Of a stretch of DNA of 64,000 bases, positions 12,501-26,660 are shown piece by piece (position 1 is the stretch's first letter; each line of letters starts with the position of its first letter). Origin of the DNA: Eledone cirrhosa. Taxonomy: Eukaryota. The DNA is taken from assembly GCA_964016885.1 (NCBI GenBank), contig OZ024742.1:356562001-356626000 (forward strand), in the 5' to 3' direction. The translations under genes were made by a program, and so were the position numbers. The notes below the pieces were generated by a model. The model saw nothing but the letters and a program-made list of their open reading frames with translations. It had not been told where the DNA came from and did no database searches.

Positions 12501-15500
12501 GAGGATTGGCCGTATCAGTAGAGGCTCGGACACCATACTTTATGGCAGAGGATTGGCAGTATCAGTAGAGGGTCAGACACCATACATTATCGCGGAGGAT
12601 TGGCAGTATCAGTAGAGGGTCAGACACCATGCTTTATGGCAGAGGATTGGCAGTATCAGTAGAGGGTCAGACACCATACTTTATGGCAGAGGATTGGCAG
12701 TATCAGTAAAGGGTCGGACACCATACTTTATCGCGGAGCATTGGCAGTATCAGTAGAGGGTCAGACACCATGGCAGAGGATTGGCCGTATCAGTAGAGGC
12801 TCGGACACCATACTTTATGGCAAAGGATTGGCAGTATCAGTAGAGGGTCGGACACCATACTTTATCGCGGAGGATTGGCAGTATCAGTAGAGGGTCAGAC
12901 ACCATACTTTATGGCAGAGGATTGGCAGTATCAGTAGAGGGTCAGACACCATACTTTATCGCGGAGGATTGGCAGTATCAGTAGAGGGAAGACACCATGC
13001 TTTATGGCAGTGGATTGGCAGTATCAGTAGAGGGTCAGACACCATACTTTATGGCAGAGGATTGGCCGTATCAGTAGAGGCTCGGACACCATACTTTATG
13101 GCAGAGGATTGGCAGTATCAGTAGAGGGTCAGACACCATACTTTATCGCGGAGGATTGGCAGTATCAGTAGAGGGAAGACACCATGCTTTATGGCAGTGG
13201 ATTGGCAGTATCAGTAGAGGGTCAGACACCATACTTTATGGCAGAGGATTGGCAGTATCAGTAGAGGGTCGGACACCATACTTTATAGCGGAGGATTGGC
13301 AGTATCAGTAGAGGGTCAGACACCATGCTTTATGGCAGTGGATTGGCAGTATCAGTAGAGGGTCGGACACTATACTTTATAGCGGTGGATTGGCAGTATC
13401 AGTATAGGGTCAGACACCATGCTTTATGGCAGTGGATTGGCAGTATCAGTAGAGGGTCGGACACCATACTTTATCGCGGAGCATTGGCAGTATCAGTAGA
13501 GGGTCAGACACCATGGCAGAGGATTGGCCGTATCAGTAGAGGGTCGGACACCATACTTTATGGCAGAGGATTGGCAGCATCAGTAGAGGGTCAGACACCA
13601 TGCTTTATGGCAGTGGATTGGCAGTATCAGTAGAGGGTCGGACACCATACTTTATCGCGGAGCATTGGCAGTATCAGTAGAGGGTCAGACACCATGGCAG
13701 AGGATTGGCCGTATCAGTAGAGGCTCGGACACCATACTTTATGGCAGAGGATTGGCAGTATCAGTAGAGGGTCAGACACCATACATTATCGCGGAGGATT
13801 GGCAGTATCAGTAGAGGGTCAGACACCATGCTTTATGGCAGAGGATTGGCAGTATCAGTAGAGGGTCAGACACCATACTTTATGGCAGAGGATTGGCAGT
13901 ATCAGTAAAGGGTCAGACACCATGCTTTATGGCAGAGGATTGGCAGTATCAGTAGAGGGTCAGACACCATACTTTATCGCGGAGCATTGGCAGTATCAGT
14001 AGAGGGTCAGACACCATACTTTATCGCGGAGGATTGGTAGTATCAGTAGAGGGTCAGACACCATGCTTAATGGCAGAGGATTGGCAGTATCAGTAGAGGG
14101 TCAGACACCATACTTCATGGCAGAGGATTGGCAGTATCAGTAAAGGGTCAGACACCATGCTTTATGGCAGAGGATTGGCAGTATCAGTAGAGGGTCAGAC
14201 ACCATACTTTATCGCGGAGCATTGGCAGTATCAGTAGAGGGTCAGACATCATACTTTATCGCGGAGGATTGGCAGTATCAGTAGAGGGTCGGACACCATG
14301 CTTTATGGCAGTGGATTGGCAGTATCAGTAGAGGGTCAGACACAATGCTTTATGGCAGAGGATTGGCAGTATCAGTAGAGGGTCAGACACCATAATTTAT
14401 GGCAGAGGATTGGCAGTATCAGTAGAGGGTCAGACACCATACTTTATGGCAGTAGATTGGCAGTATCAGTACAGGGTCAGACACCATACTTTATCGCGGA
14501 GGATTGGCAGTATCAGTAGAGGGTCAGACACCATGCTTTATGGCAGTGGATTGGCAGTATCAGTAGAGGGTCGGACACTATACTTTATAGCGGAGGATTG
14601 GCAGTATCAGTAGAGGGTCAGACACCATGATTTATGGCAGTGGATTGGCAGTATCAGTAGAGGGTCGGACACCATACTTTATCGCGGAGCATTGGCAGTA
14701 TCAGTAGAGGGTCAGACACCATGGCAGAGGATTGGCAGTATCAGTAGAGGGTCGGACACCATACTTTATGGCAGAGGATTGGCAGCATAAGTAGAGGGTC
14801 AGACACCATGCTTTATGGCAGTGGATTGGCAGTATCAGTAGAGGGTCGGACACCATACTTTATCGCGGAGCATTGGCAGTATCAGTAGAGGGTCAGACAC
14901 CATGGCAGAGGATTGGCCGTATCAGTAGAGGCTCGGACACCATACTTTATGGCAGAGGATTGGCAGTATCAGTAGAGGGTCAGACACCATACTTTATCGC
15001 GGAGGATTGGCAGTATCAGTAGAGGGTCAGACACCATGCTTTATGGCAGAGGATTGGCAGTATCAGTAGAGGGTCAGACACCATACTTTATGGCAGAAGA
15101 TTGGCAGTATCAGTAAAGGGTCAGACACCATGCTTTATGGCAGAGGATTGGCAGTATCAGTAGAGGGTCAGACACCATACTTTATCGCGGAGCATTGGCA
15201 GTATCAGTAGAGGGTCAGACACCATACTTTATCGCGGAGGATTGGCAGTATCAGTAGAGGATCAGACACCATACTTTATCGCGGAGGATTGGCAGTATCA
15301 GTAGAGGGAAGACACCATGCTTTATGGCAGTGGATTGGCAGTATCAGTAGAGGGTCAGACACTATACTTTATAGCGGAGGATTGGCAGTATCAGTAGAGG
15401 GTCAGACACCATGCTTTATGGCAGTGGATTGGCAGTATCAGTAGAGGGTCGGACACTATACTTTATAGCGGTGGATTGGCAGTATCAGTAGAGGGTCAGA

Positions 15501-18500
15501 CACCATGCTTTATGGCAGTGGATTGGCAGTATCAGTAGAGGGTCGGACACCATACTTTATCGCGGAGCATTGGCACTATCAGTAGAGGGTCAGACACCAT
15601 GGCAGAGGATTGGCCGTATCAGTAGAGGGTCGGACACCATACTTTATGGCAGAGGATTGGCAGCATCAGTAGAGGGTCAGACACCATGCTTTATGGCAGT
15701 GGATTGGCAGTATCAGTAGAGGGTCAGACACCATGCTTTATGGCAGTGGATTGGCAGTATCAGTAGAGGGTCGGACACCATACTTTATCGCGGAGCATTG
15801 GCAGTATCAGTAGAGGGTCAGACACCATGGCAGAGGATTGGCCGTATCAGTAGAGGGTCGGACACCATACTTTATGGCAGAGGATTGGCAGTATCAGTAG
15901 AGGGAAGACACCATGCTTTATGGCAGTGGATTGGCAGTATCAGTAGAGGGTCGGACACCATACTTTATCGCGGAGCATTGGCAGTATCAGTAGAGGGTCA
16001 GCCACCATGGCAGAGGATTGGCCGTATCAGTAGAGGCTCGGACACCATACTTTATGGCAGAGGATTGGCAGTATCAGTAGAGGGTCAGACACCATACTTT
16101 ATCGCGGAGGATTGGCAGTATCAGTAGAGGGTCAGACACCATGCTTTATGGCAGAGGATTGGCAGTATCAGTAGAGGGTCAGACACCATACTTTATGGCA
16201 GAGGATTGGCAGTATCAGTAAAGGGTCAGACACCATGCTTTATGGCAGAGGATTGGCAGTATCAGTAGAGGGTCAGACACCATACTTTATCGCGGAGCAT
16301 TGGCAGTATCAGTAGAGGGTCAGACACCATACTTTATCGCGGAGGATTGGCAGTATCAGTAGAGGGTCAGACACCATGCTTAATGGCAGAGGATTGGCAG
16401 TATCAGTAGAGGGTCAGACACCATACTTCATGGCAGAGGATTGGCGGTATCAGTAAAGGGTCAGACACCATGCTTTATGGCAGAGGATTGGCAGTATCAG
16501 TAGAGGGTCAGACACCATACTTTATCGCGGAGCATTGGCAGTATCAGTAGAGGGTCAGACACCATACTTTATCGCGGAGGATTGGCAGTATCAGTAGAGG
16601 GTCGGACACCATGCTTTATGGCAGTGGATTGGCAGTATCAGTAGAGGGTCAGACACTATGCTTTATGGCAGAGGATTGGCAGTATCAGTAGAGGGTCAGA
16701 CACCATAATTTATGGCAGAGGATTGGCAGTATCAGTAGAGGGTCAGACACCATACTTTATGGCAGTAGATTGGCAGTATCAGTACAGGGTCAGACACCAT
16801 ACTTTATCGCGGAGGATTGGCAGTATCAGTAGAGGGTCAGACACCATGCTTTATGGCAGTGGATTGGCAGTTTCAGTAGAGGGTCGGACACTATACTTTA
16901 TAGCGGAGGATTGGCAGTATCAGTAGAGGGTCAGACACCATGCTTTATGGCAGTGGATTGGCAGTATCGGTAGAGGGTCGGACACCATACTTTATCGCGG
17001 AGCATTGGCAGTATCAGTAGAGGGTCAGACACCATGGCAGAGGATTGGCAGTATCAGTAGAGGGTCGGACACCATACTTTATGGCAGAGGATTGGCAGCA
17101 TAAGTAGAGGGTCAGACACCATGCTTTATGGCAGTGGATTGGCAGTATCAGTAGAGGGTCGGACACCATACTTTATCGCGGAGCATTGGCAGTATCAGTA
17201 GAGGGTCAGACACCATGGCAGAGGATTGGCCGTATCAGTAGAGGCTCGGACACCATACTTTATGGCAGAGGATTGGCAGTATCAGTAGAGGGTCAGACAC
17301 CATGCTTTATGGCAGAGGATTGGCAGTATCAGTAGAGGGTCAGACACCATACTTTATGGCAGAAGATTGGCAGTATCAGTAAAGGGTCAGACACCATGCT
17401 TTATGGCAGAGGATTGGCAGTATCAGTAGAGGGTCAGACACCATACTTTATCGCGGAGCATTGGCAGTATCAGTAGAGGGTCAGACACCATACTTTATCG
17501 CGGAGGATTGGCAGTATCAGTAGAGGGTCAGACACCATGCTTAATGGCAGAGGATTGGCAGTATCAGTAGAGGGTCAGACACCATACTTTATGGCAGCGG
17601 ATTGGCAGTATCAGTAAAGGGTCAGACACCATGCTTTATGGCAGAGAATTGGCAGTATCAGTAGAGGGTCAGACACCATACTTTATCGCGGAGCATTGGC
17701 AATATCAGTAGAGGGTCAGACACCATACTTTATCGCGGAGGATTGGCAGTATCAGTAGAGGGTCGGACACCATGCTTTATGGCAGTGGATTGGCAGTATC
17801 AGTAGAGGGTCAGACACTATGCTTTATGGCAGAGGATTGGCAGTATCAGTAGAGGGTCAGACACCATGCTTTATGGCAGAGGATTGGCAGTATCAGTAGA
17901 GGGTCGGACACCATACTTTATCGCGGAGCATTGGCAGTATCAGTAGAGGGTCAGACACCATGGCAGAGGATTGGCAGTATCAGTAGAGGGTCGGACACCA
18001 TACTTTATGGCAGAGGATTGGCAGCATCAGTAGAGGGTCAGACACCATGCTTTATGGCAGTGGATTGGCAGTATCAGTAGAGGGTCAGACACCATGCTTT
18101 ATGGCAGTGGATTGGCAGTATCAGTAGAGGGTCGGACACTATACTTTATAGCGGAGGATTGGCAGTATCAGTAGAGGGTCAGACACCATGCTTTATGGCA
18201 GTGGATTGGCAGTATCAGTAGAGGGTCGGACACCATACTTTATCGCGGAGCATTGGCAGTATCAGTAGAGGGTCAGACACCATGGCAGAGGATTGGCAGT
18301 ATCAGTAGAGGATCGGACACCATACTTTATGGCAGAGGATTGGCAGCATCAGTAGAGGGTCAGACACCATGCTTTATGGCAGTGGATTGGCAGTATCAGT
18401 AGAGGGTCGGACACCATACTTTATCGCGGAGCATTGGCAGTATCAGTAGAGGGTCAGACACCATGGCAGAGGATTGGCCGTATCAGTAGAGGCTCGGACA

Positions 18501-21500
18501 CCATACTTTATGGCAGAGGATTGGCAGTATCAGTAGAGGGTCAGACACCATACTTTATCGCGGAGGATTGGCAGTATCAGTAGAGGGTCAGACACCATGC
18601 TTTATGGCAGAGGATTGGCAGTATCAGTAGAGGGTCAGACACCATACTTTATGGCAGAAGATTGGCAGTATCAGTAAAGGGTCAGACACCATGCTTTATG
18701 GCAGAGGATTCGCAGTATCAGTAGAGGGTCAGACACCATACTTTATCGCGGAGCATTGGCAGTATCAGTAGAGGGTCAGACACCATACTTTATCGCGGAG
18801 GATTGGCAGTATCAGTAGAGGGTCAGACACCATACTTTATCGCGGAGCATTGGCAGTATCATTAGAGGGTCAGACACCATACTTTATGGCAGAGGATTGG
18901 CCGTATCAGTAGAGGGTCGCACACCATACTTTATGGCAGAGGATTGGCAGTATCAGTAGAGGGTCGGACACCATACTTTATGGCAGAGGATTGGCAGTAT
19001 CAGTAGAGGATCAGACACCATGCTTTATGGCAGTGGATTGGCAGTATCAGTAGAGGGTCAGACACCATGGCAGAGGATTGGCCGTATCAGTAGAGGGTCA
19101 GACACTATACTTTATAGCGGAGGATTGGCAGTATCAGTAGAGGGTCAGACACCATGCTTTATGGCAGTGGATTGGCAGTATCAGTAGAGGGTCGGACACC
19201 ATACTTTATCGCGGAGCATTGGCAGTATCAGTAGAGGGTCAGACACCATGGCAGAGGATTGGCCGTATCAGTAGAGGGTCGGACACCATACTTTATGGCA
19301 GAGGATTGGCAGCATCAGTAGAGGGTCAGACACCATGCTTTATGGCAGTGGATTGGCAGTATCAGTAGAGGGTCGGACACCATACTTTATCGCGGAGCAT
19401 TGGCAGTATCAGTAGAGGGTCAGACACCATGGCAGAGGATTGGCCGTATCAGTAGAGGCTCGGACACCATACTTTATGGCAAAGGATTGGCAGTATCAGT
19501 AGAGGGTCGGACACCATACTTTATCGCGGAGGATTGGCAGTATCAGTAGAGGGTCAGACACCATACTTTATGGCAGAGGATTGGCAGTATCAGTAGAGGG
19601 TCAGACACCATACTTTATCGCGGAGGATTGGCAGTATCAGTAGAGGGAAGACACCATGCTTTATGGCAGTGGATTGGCAGTATCAGTAGAGGGTCAGACA
19701 CCATACTTTATGGCAGAGGATTGGCCGTATCAGTAGAGGCTCGGACACCATACTTTATGGCAGAGGATTGGCAGTATCAGTAGAGGGTCAGACACCATAC
19801 TTTATCGCGGAAGATTGGCAGTATCAGTAGAGGGAAGACACCATGCTTTATGGCAGTGGATTGGCAGTATCAGTAGAGGGTCAGACACCATACTTTATGG
19901 CAGAGGATTGGCAGTATCAGTAGAGGGTCGGACACCATACTTTATAGCGGAGGATTGGCAGTATCAGTAGAGGGTCGGACACCATGCTTTATGGCAGTGG
20001 ATTGGCAGTATCAGTAGAGGGTCGGACACGATACTTTATCGCGGAGCATTGGCAGTATCAGTAGAGGGTCAGACACCATGGCAGAGGATTGGCCGTATCA
20101 GTAGAGGCTCGGACACCATACTTTATGGCAGAGGATTGGCAGTATCAGTAGAAGGTCAGACACCATGCTTTATGGCAGTGGATTGGCAGTATCAGTAGAG
20201 GGTCGGACACCATACTTTATCGCGGAGGATTGGCAGTATCAGTAGAGGGAAGACACCATGCTTTATGGCAGTGGATTGGCAGTATCAGTAGAGGGTCAGA
20301 CACTATACTTTATAGCGGAGGATTGGCAGTATCAGTAGAGGGTCAGACACCATGCTTTATGGCAGTGGATTGGCAGTATCAGTAGAGGGTCGGACACTAT
20401 ACTTTATAGCGGTGGATTGGCAGTATCAGTATAGGGTCAGACACCATGCTTTATGGCAGTGGATTGGCAGTATCAGTAGAGGGTCGGACACCATACTTTA
20501 TCGCGGAGCATTGGCAGTATCAGTAGAGGGTCAGACACCATGGCAGAGGATTGGCCGTATCAGTAGAGGGTCGGACACCATACTTTATGGCAGAGGATTG
20601 GCAGCATCAGTAGAGGGTCAGACACCATGCTTTATGGCAGTGGATTGGCAGTATCAGTAGAGGGTCGGACACCATACTTTATCGCGGAGCATTGGCAGTA
20701 TCAGTAGAGGGTCAGACACCATGGCAGAGGATTGGCCGTATCAGTAGAGGCTCGGACACCATACTTTATGGCAGAGGATTGGCAGTATCAGTAGAGGGTC
20801 AGACACCATACATTATCGCGGAGGATTGGCAGTATCAGTAGAGGGTCAGACACCATGCTTTATGGCAGAGGATTGGCAGTATCAGTAGAGGGTCAGACAC
20901 CATACTTTATGGCAGAGGATTGGCAGTATCAGTAAAGGGTCAGACACCATGCTTTATGGCAGAGGATTGGCAGTATCAGTAGAGGGTCAGACACCATACT
21001 TTATCGCGGAGCATTGGCAGTATCAGTAGAGGGTCAGACACCATACTTTATCGCGGAGGATTGGCAGTATTAGTAGAGGGTCAGACACCATGCTTAATGG
21101 CAGAGGATTGGCAGTATCAGTAGAGGGTCAGACACCATACTTCATGGCAGAGGATTGGCAGTATCAGTAAAGGGTCAGACACCATGCTTTATGGCAGAGG
21201 ATTGGCAGTATCAGTAGAGGGTCAGACACCATACTTTATCGCGGAGCATTGGCAGTATCAGTAGAGGGTCAGACATCATACTTTATCGCGGAGGATTGGC
21301 AGTATCAGTAGAGGGTCGGACACCATGCTTTATGGCAGTGGATTGGCAGTATCAGTAGAGGGTCAGACACTATGCTTTATGGCAGAGGATTGGCAGTATC
21401 AGTAGAGGGTCAGACACCATAATTTATGGCAGAGGATTGGCAGTATCAGTAGAGGGTCAGACACCATACTTTATGGCAGTAGATTGGCAGTATCAGTACA

Positions 21501-24395
21501 GGGTCAGACACCATACTTTATAGCGGAGGATTGGCAGTATCAGTAGAGGGTCAGACACCATGCTTTATGGCAGTGGATTGGCAGTATCAGTAGAGGGTCG
21601 GACACTATACTTTATAGCGGAGGATTGGCAGTATCAGTAGAGGGTCAGACACCATGATTTATGGCAGTGGATTGGCAGTATCAGTAGAGGGTCGGACACC
21701 ATACTTTATCGCGGAGCATTGGCAGTATCAGTAGAGGGTCAGACACCATGGCAGAGGATTGGCAGTATCAGTAGAGGGTCGGACACCATACTTTATGGCA
21801 GAGGATTGGCAGCATAAGTAGAGGGTCAGACACCATGCTTTATGGCAATGGATTGGCAGTATCAGTAGAGGGTCGGACACCATACTTTATCGCGGAGCAT
21901 TGGCAGTATCAGTAGAGGGTCAGACACCATGGCAGAGGATTGGCCGTATCAGTAGAGGCTCGGACACCATACTTTATGGCAGAGGATTGGCAGTATCAGT
22001 AGAGGGTCAGACACCATGCTTTATGGCAGAGGATTGGCAGTATCAGTAGAGTGTCAGACACCATACTTTATGGCAGAAGATTGGCAGTATCAGTAAAGGG
22101 TCAGACACCATGCTTTATGGCAGAGGATTGGCAGTATCAGTAGAGGGTCAGACACCATACTTTATCGCGGAGCATTGGCAGTATCAGTAGAGGGTCAGAC
22201 ACCATACTTTATCGCGGAGGATTGGCAGTATCAGTAGAGGGTCAGACACCATGCTTAATGGCAGAGGATTGGCAGTATCAGTAGAGGGTCAGACACCATA
22301 CTTTATGGCAGCGGATTGGCAGTATCAGTAAAGGGTCAGACACCATGCTTTATGGCAGAGAATTGGCAGTATCAGTAGAGGGTCAGACACCATACTTTAT
22401 CGCGGAGCATTGGCAGTATCAGTAGAGGGTCAGACACCATACTTTATCGCGGAGGATTGGCAGTATCAGTAGAGGGTCGGACACCATGCTTTATGGCAGT
22501 GGATTGGCAGTATCAGTAGAGGGTCAGACACTATGCTTTATGGCAGAGGGTTGGCAGTATCAGTAGAGGGTCAGACACCATGCTTTATGGCAGAGGATTG
22601 GCAGTATCAGTAGAGGGTCGGACACCATACTTTATCGCGGAGCATTGGCAGTATCAGTAGAGGGTCAGACACCATGGCAGAGGATTGGCAGTATCAGTAG
22701 AGGGTCGGACACCATACTTTATGGCAGAGGATTGGCAGCATCAGTAGAGGGTCAGACACCATGCTTTATGGCAGTGGATTGGCAGTATCAGTAGAGGGTC
22801 AGACACCATGCTTTATGGCAGTGATTGGCAGTATCAGTAGAGGGTCGGACACTATACTTTATAGCGGAGGATTGGCAGTATCAGTAGAGGGTCAGACACC
22901 ATGCTTTATGGCAGTGGATTGGCAGTATCAGTAGAGGGTCGGACACCATACTTTATCGCGGAGCATTGGCAGTATCAGTAGAGGGTCAGACACCATGGCA
23001 GAGGATTGGCAGTATCAGTAGAGGATCGGACACCATACTTTATGGCAGAGGATTGGCAGCATCAGTAGAGGGTCAGACACCATGCTTTATGGCAGTGGAT
23101 TGGCAGTATCAGTAGAGGGTCGGACACCATACTTTATCGCGGAGCATTGGCAGTATCAGTAGAGGGTCAGACACCATGGCAGAGGATTGGCCGTATCAGT
23201 AGAGGCTCGGACACCATACTTTATGGCAGAGGATTGGCAGTATCAGTAGAGGGTCAGACACCATACTTTATCGCGGAGGATTGGCAGTATCAGTAGAGGG
23301 TCAGACACCATGCTTTATGGCAGAGGATTGGCAGTATCAGTAGAGGGTCAGACACCATACTTTATGGCAGAAGATTGGCAGTATCAGTAAAGGGTCAGAC
23401 ACCATGCTTTATGGCAGAGGATTCGCAGTATCAGTAGAGGGTCAGACACCATACTTTATCGCGGAGCATTGGCAGTATCAGTAGAGGGTCAGACACCATA
23501 CTTTATCGCGGAGGATTGGCAGTATCAGTAGAGGGTCAGACACCATGCTTAATGGCAGAGGATTGGCAGTATCAGTAGAGGGTCAGACACCATACTTTAT
23601 GGCAGAGGATTGGCACTATCAGTAAAGGGTCAGACACCATGCTTTATGGCAGAGGATTGGCAGTATCAGTAGAGGGTCAGACACCATACTTTATCGCGGA
23701 GCATTGGCAGTATCAGTAGAGGGTCAGACACCATACTTTATCGCGGAGGATTGGCAGTATCAGTAGAGGGTCGGACACCATGCTTTATGGCAGTGGATTG
23801 GCAGTATCAGTAGAGGGTCAGACACTATGCTTTATGGCAGAGGATTGGCAGTATCAGTAGAGGGTCAGACACCATAATTTATGGCAGAGGATTGGCAGTA
23901 TCAGTAGAGGGTCAGACACCATACTTTATAGCAGTGGATTGGCAGTATCAGTAGAGGGTCAGACACCATACTTTATCGCGGAGGATTGGCAGTATCAGTA
24001 GAGGGTCAGACACCATACTTTATCGCGGAGGATTGGCAGTATTAGTAGATGTTCGGACACCATGTTTTATGGCGGAGGATTGGCAGTATCAGTAGAGGGT
24101 CAGACACCATACTTTATGGCAGAGGATTGGCAGTATCAGTAGAGGGTCAGACACCATGCTTTATGGCAGAGGATTGGCAGTATCAGTAGAGGGTCGGACA
24201 CCAAGCTTTATGGCAGAGGATTGGCAGTATCAGTGGAGGGTCAGACACCATACTTTATGGCGGAGGATTGGCAGTATCAGTAGAGGGTCGGACACCATGG
24301 CAGAGGATTGGCAGTTTCAGTAGATGTTCGGACACCATGGTTTATGGCGGAGGATTGGCAGTATCAGTAGAGGGTCGGACACCATGCTTTATTGC
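6521..24395 (+). repeat. ~17.9-kb satellite of 47-bp monomers (roughly 385 units) derived from the SINE 5' head
   Basis: Monomer GGATTGGCAGTATCAGTAGAGGGTCAGACACCATACTTTATGGCAGA (47 bp; e.g. agacacc at 6601 and 6648). There are 40-bp (-ACTTTAT) and 46-bp (GGGAAGAC) variants and a 1199-bp higher-order repeat. Confidence 0.97.
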
Positions 24396-24582
24396 GGAGG
24401 ATTGGCAGTATCGGTATATTGTGGGATGCCATGCTTTCACGCATAGAGTTACGACCCTTGCCATTCTGAGTTCAAATCCCGCTGATGTTAACTTTGCCTT
24501 TCATCCTTACGGGGTAAATAAAATAAACTACCAGTAATGTACTGGGATAATTGCAGGCCTTGTGCCAAAAAGTAGAAACAAT
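24396..24582 (+). mobile_element. Body of the tRNA/Nin-domain SINE into which the satellite runs
   Basis: The last monomer continues directly into ...CATGCTTTCACGCATAGAG...GAGTTCAAATCCC (B box)...GCCTTTCATCCTTACGGGG...GGCCTTGTGCC...GAAACAATT. Confidence 0.85.
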
Positions 24583-24587
24583 TATTT

Positions 24588-24775
24588 AGGGCGGTGGATT
24601 GGCAGTATCGGTAGAGTGTCAGGCACCATGCTTTTCTGCATAGAGTTACGGCCCTTTGAGGTCTGAGTTCAAATCCCGCTGAAGTTAACTTTGCCTTTCA
24701 TCCTTACGGGGTTGATAAAATAAAGCACCAGTAATGCACTGGGATAATTGCCTTGTGCAAAAAGTAGAAACAATT
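24588..24775 (+). mobile_element. tRNA/Nin-domain SINE, complete tandem copy
   Basis: GGGCGGTGGATTGGCAGTATCGGTAGAG (A box), GAGTTCAAATCCC (B box), Nin-like core, (ATT)n tail. Confidence 0.85.
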
Positions 24776-25150
24776 ATTATTATAACTTCATCCATACACA
24801 TCACTATATACTCCCCATACAAATCTGCCACAACTCCATGAAATAATTATTTTCTTCAACCATCTGCTCACCATTGCCATAACAATGCACAAATACTTCA
24901 ATGTAGTTTAGTGTAAGTGGTTCCACCAAGTGACATTAGTGTCACAGAACTCAACAACAGTATTTATTCTCACAGACCTCAACAGTACATTCTCCAACAC
25001 AGATACTACGACCCAGGCATTCAACAAATTAATTATAAATGCTTTAAAAGAAAACACATCTCCTAAGAAGACAACATAAAAAGTATATAAAGCACAAGTA
25101 TAAAATATAAAACCAAAAAACAATCTCAAACAAAAATATCACACATTAAC

Positions 25151-25450
25151 ATCATCGTCATCATCATTTTTATGTCCATTTTTCCATGCTTCCATGGGTT
25201 GGACGGATCCTTTGCAGCATAGCATCTCCCCACTTGTTATGTTCCTTTGTCATTTTCTCTGCCAGGCTTAGCAATTTGAGGTCAGCTATTACAAACTCTG
25301 CCCAGGTCTTTCTTGGTCATACTCTATTGTGGCTTCTTTCCACTTGCATTTCTTAACCCATCGGTCATTGTCCATTTGCATCACACGTCGATACCAATGC
25401 AGTCATCTCTCCTCCACACCACCTTGTATTCTTCTTTAACCCAGCTTCTC
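25151..25450 (-). mobile_element. Degraded RTE LINE 3' end
   Basis: (ATC)n tail and gtccatttttccatgct...ggttggacgg, matching the RTE tails at 33760-33820 and 34950-35010. A remnant of the RGxPRKTW motif is present on the minus strand. Confidence 0.6.
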
Positions 25451-25593
25451 CCTCAGCTCATCCAAGCTCTGCCTTTCTCTCACCAAACAACAAAACAAGG
25501 AAATAGAAAACAAAATAACGAAATATAACAATGGTGAAGATTTATATCCTATGAAACACCAGAAAAAAAGCAATAAAAAGCAATTCAATTATT

Positions 25594-25708
25594 AACCCCG
25601 TAAGGATGAAAGGCAAAGATAACCTCACCAAGATTTGAACTCAGAATTTAAAGGACCATAACAAAGCATGCTGTCCAACGTTCTACTGATACTGCCAATC
25701 CGCTGCCA
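25594..25708 (-). mobile_element. Partial tRNA/Nin SINE
   Basis: Reverse complement of the head and core: ccccgtaaggatgaaaggc...gatttgaactcaga...ctactgatactgccaatccgctgcc. Confidence 0.75.
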
Positions 25709-26618
25709 TATAATAACATCCTTAAATAACTAATCAAAAAGGGAACCTTTATACAATCACTTGAGCTGCAAAAATGATCAGCCAAATCTTTATCAATATA
25801 TGTTTAAAAAGGAAGGACGGATTCCTTTGTGTAGTTCTGAATATGTTGTATCTGAATATTCTGAATATCTTATAGCTGGAAAATATTTTGATAAGTTTGC
25901 TGGATTCGAATTGATGTTGACTGAAATGACAACTTCAAATAAAATCCTTAGATTTCAACAAGCAAGAAACACACTTCTCGCAGATTTCTCCAACATCAGC
26001 TGCCAAATTCAACTCAAAGAAAACAGAAATAGAAAACCCAAATTATATTTTTTTTTCTAGAATACAGCATTGGACCTTAGTTTAATCATAAAACAACAAA
26101 GCTGGAAATTAAAAAAAACTCAAAGTGTGTAGGTCTGAGCAAGTGACATACCAATGCCACTTGGGACCTAAAGAAATTGTCCTACGATCCAATATCTTCA
26201 CCTATTCATGTCAACTCAGGAAATCCTCAGTATTGTGAAACAAAACATTTATCACACTTTTAAAGCTCAATAAAAACTTAACTAAAGAAGCATGAAGCAA
26301 TTTTAGGAAATTTTCCCAAATTTACTGAAGTAAACCATTTGCATGCATTTCTAGCTTTAGGTTTAAAATCTTCTAAAAAGATCAATTGGTTGCAAGCAGT
26401 TCGTTAGTGTAATGGTTAATGCACTTGCACAAAATCTGAGAGATGCAGAGCTTGGATAATTTACAGGTTCCTCTGTCTATATTTTTCCATTTATAGGTTA
26501 TTTTACCTTATTTTTCTCAACTGTTATTTATAGTGATCTACTATTATTATGCTCCTTTTCGTTAGGACATATACATTTCAAATTTCCCCAGTGCTTCTTA
26601 AGTCAATCAAATATATAT

Positions 26619-26660
<42 letters not shown>

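Noticed and set aside
6521-24395. CRISPR array or repetitive protein gene (ORFs MLYGSGLAVSVEG...)
   Set aside because: There are no unique spacers and no cas genes, and the context is eukaryotic. The ORFs are chance read-throughs of a 47-bp unit, which is not a multiple of 3.
24588-24680. Genuine tRNA gene
   Set aside because: A and B boxes are present, but there is no complete cloverleaf. It continues into a SINE core and is multicopy.
26398-26472. tRNA-like sequence (GTTCGTTAGTGTAATGGTTA...)
   Set aside because: Only an A-box-like start is present; no convincing T arm or acceptor stem.
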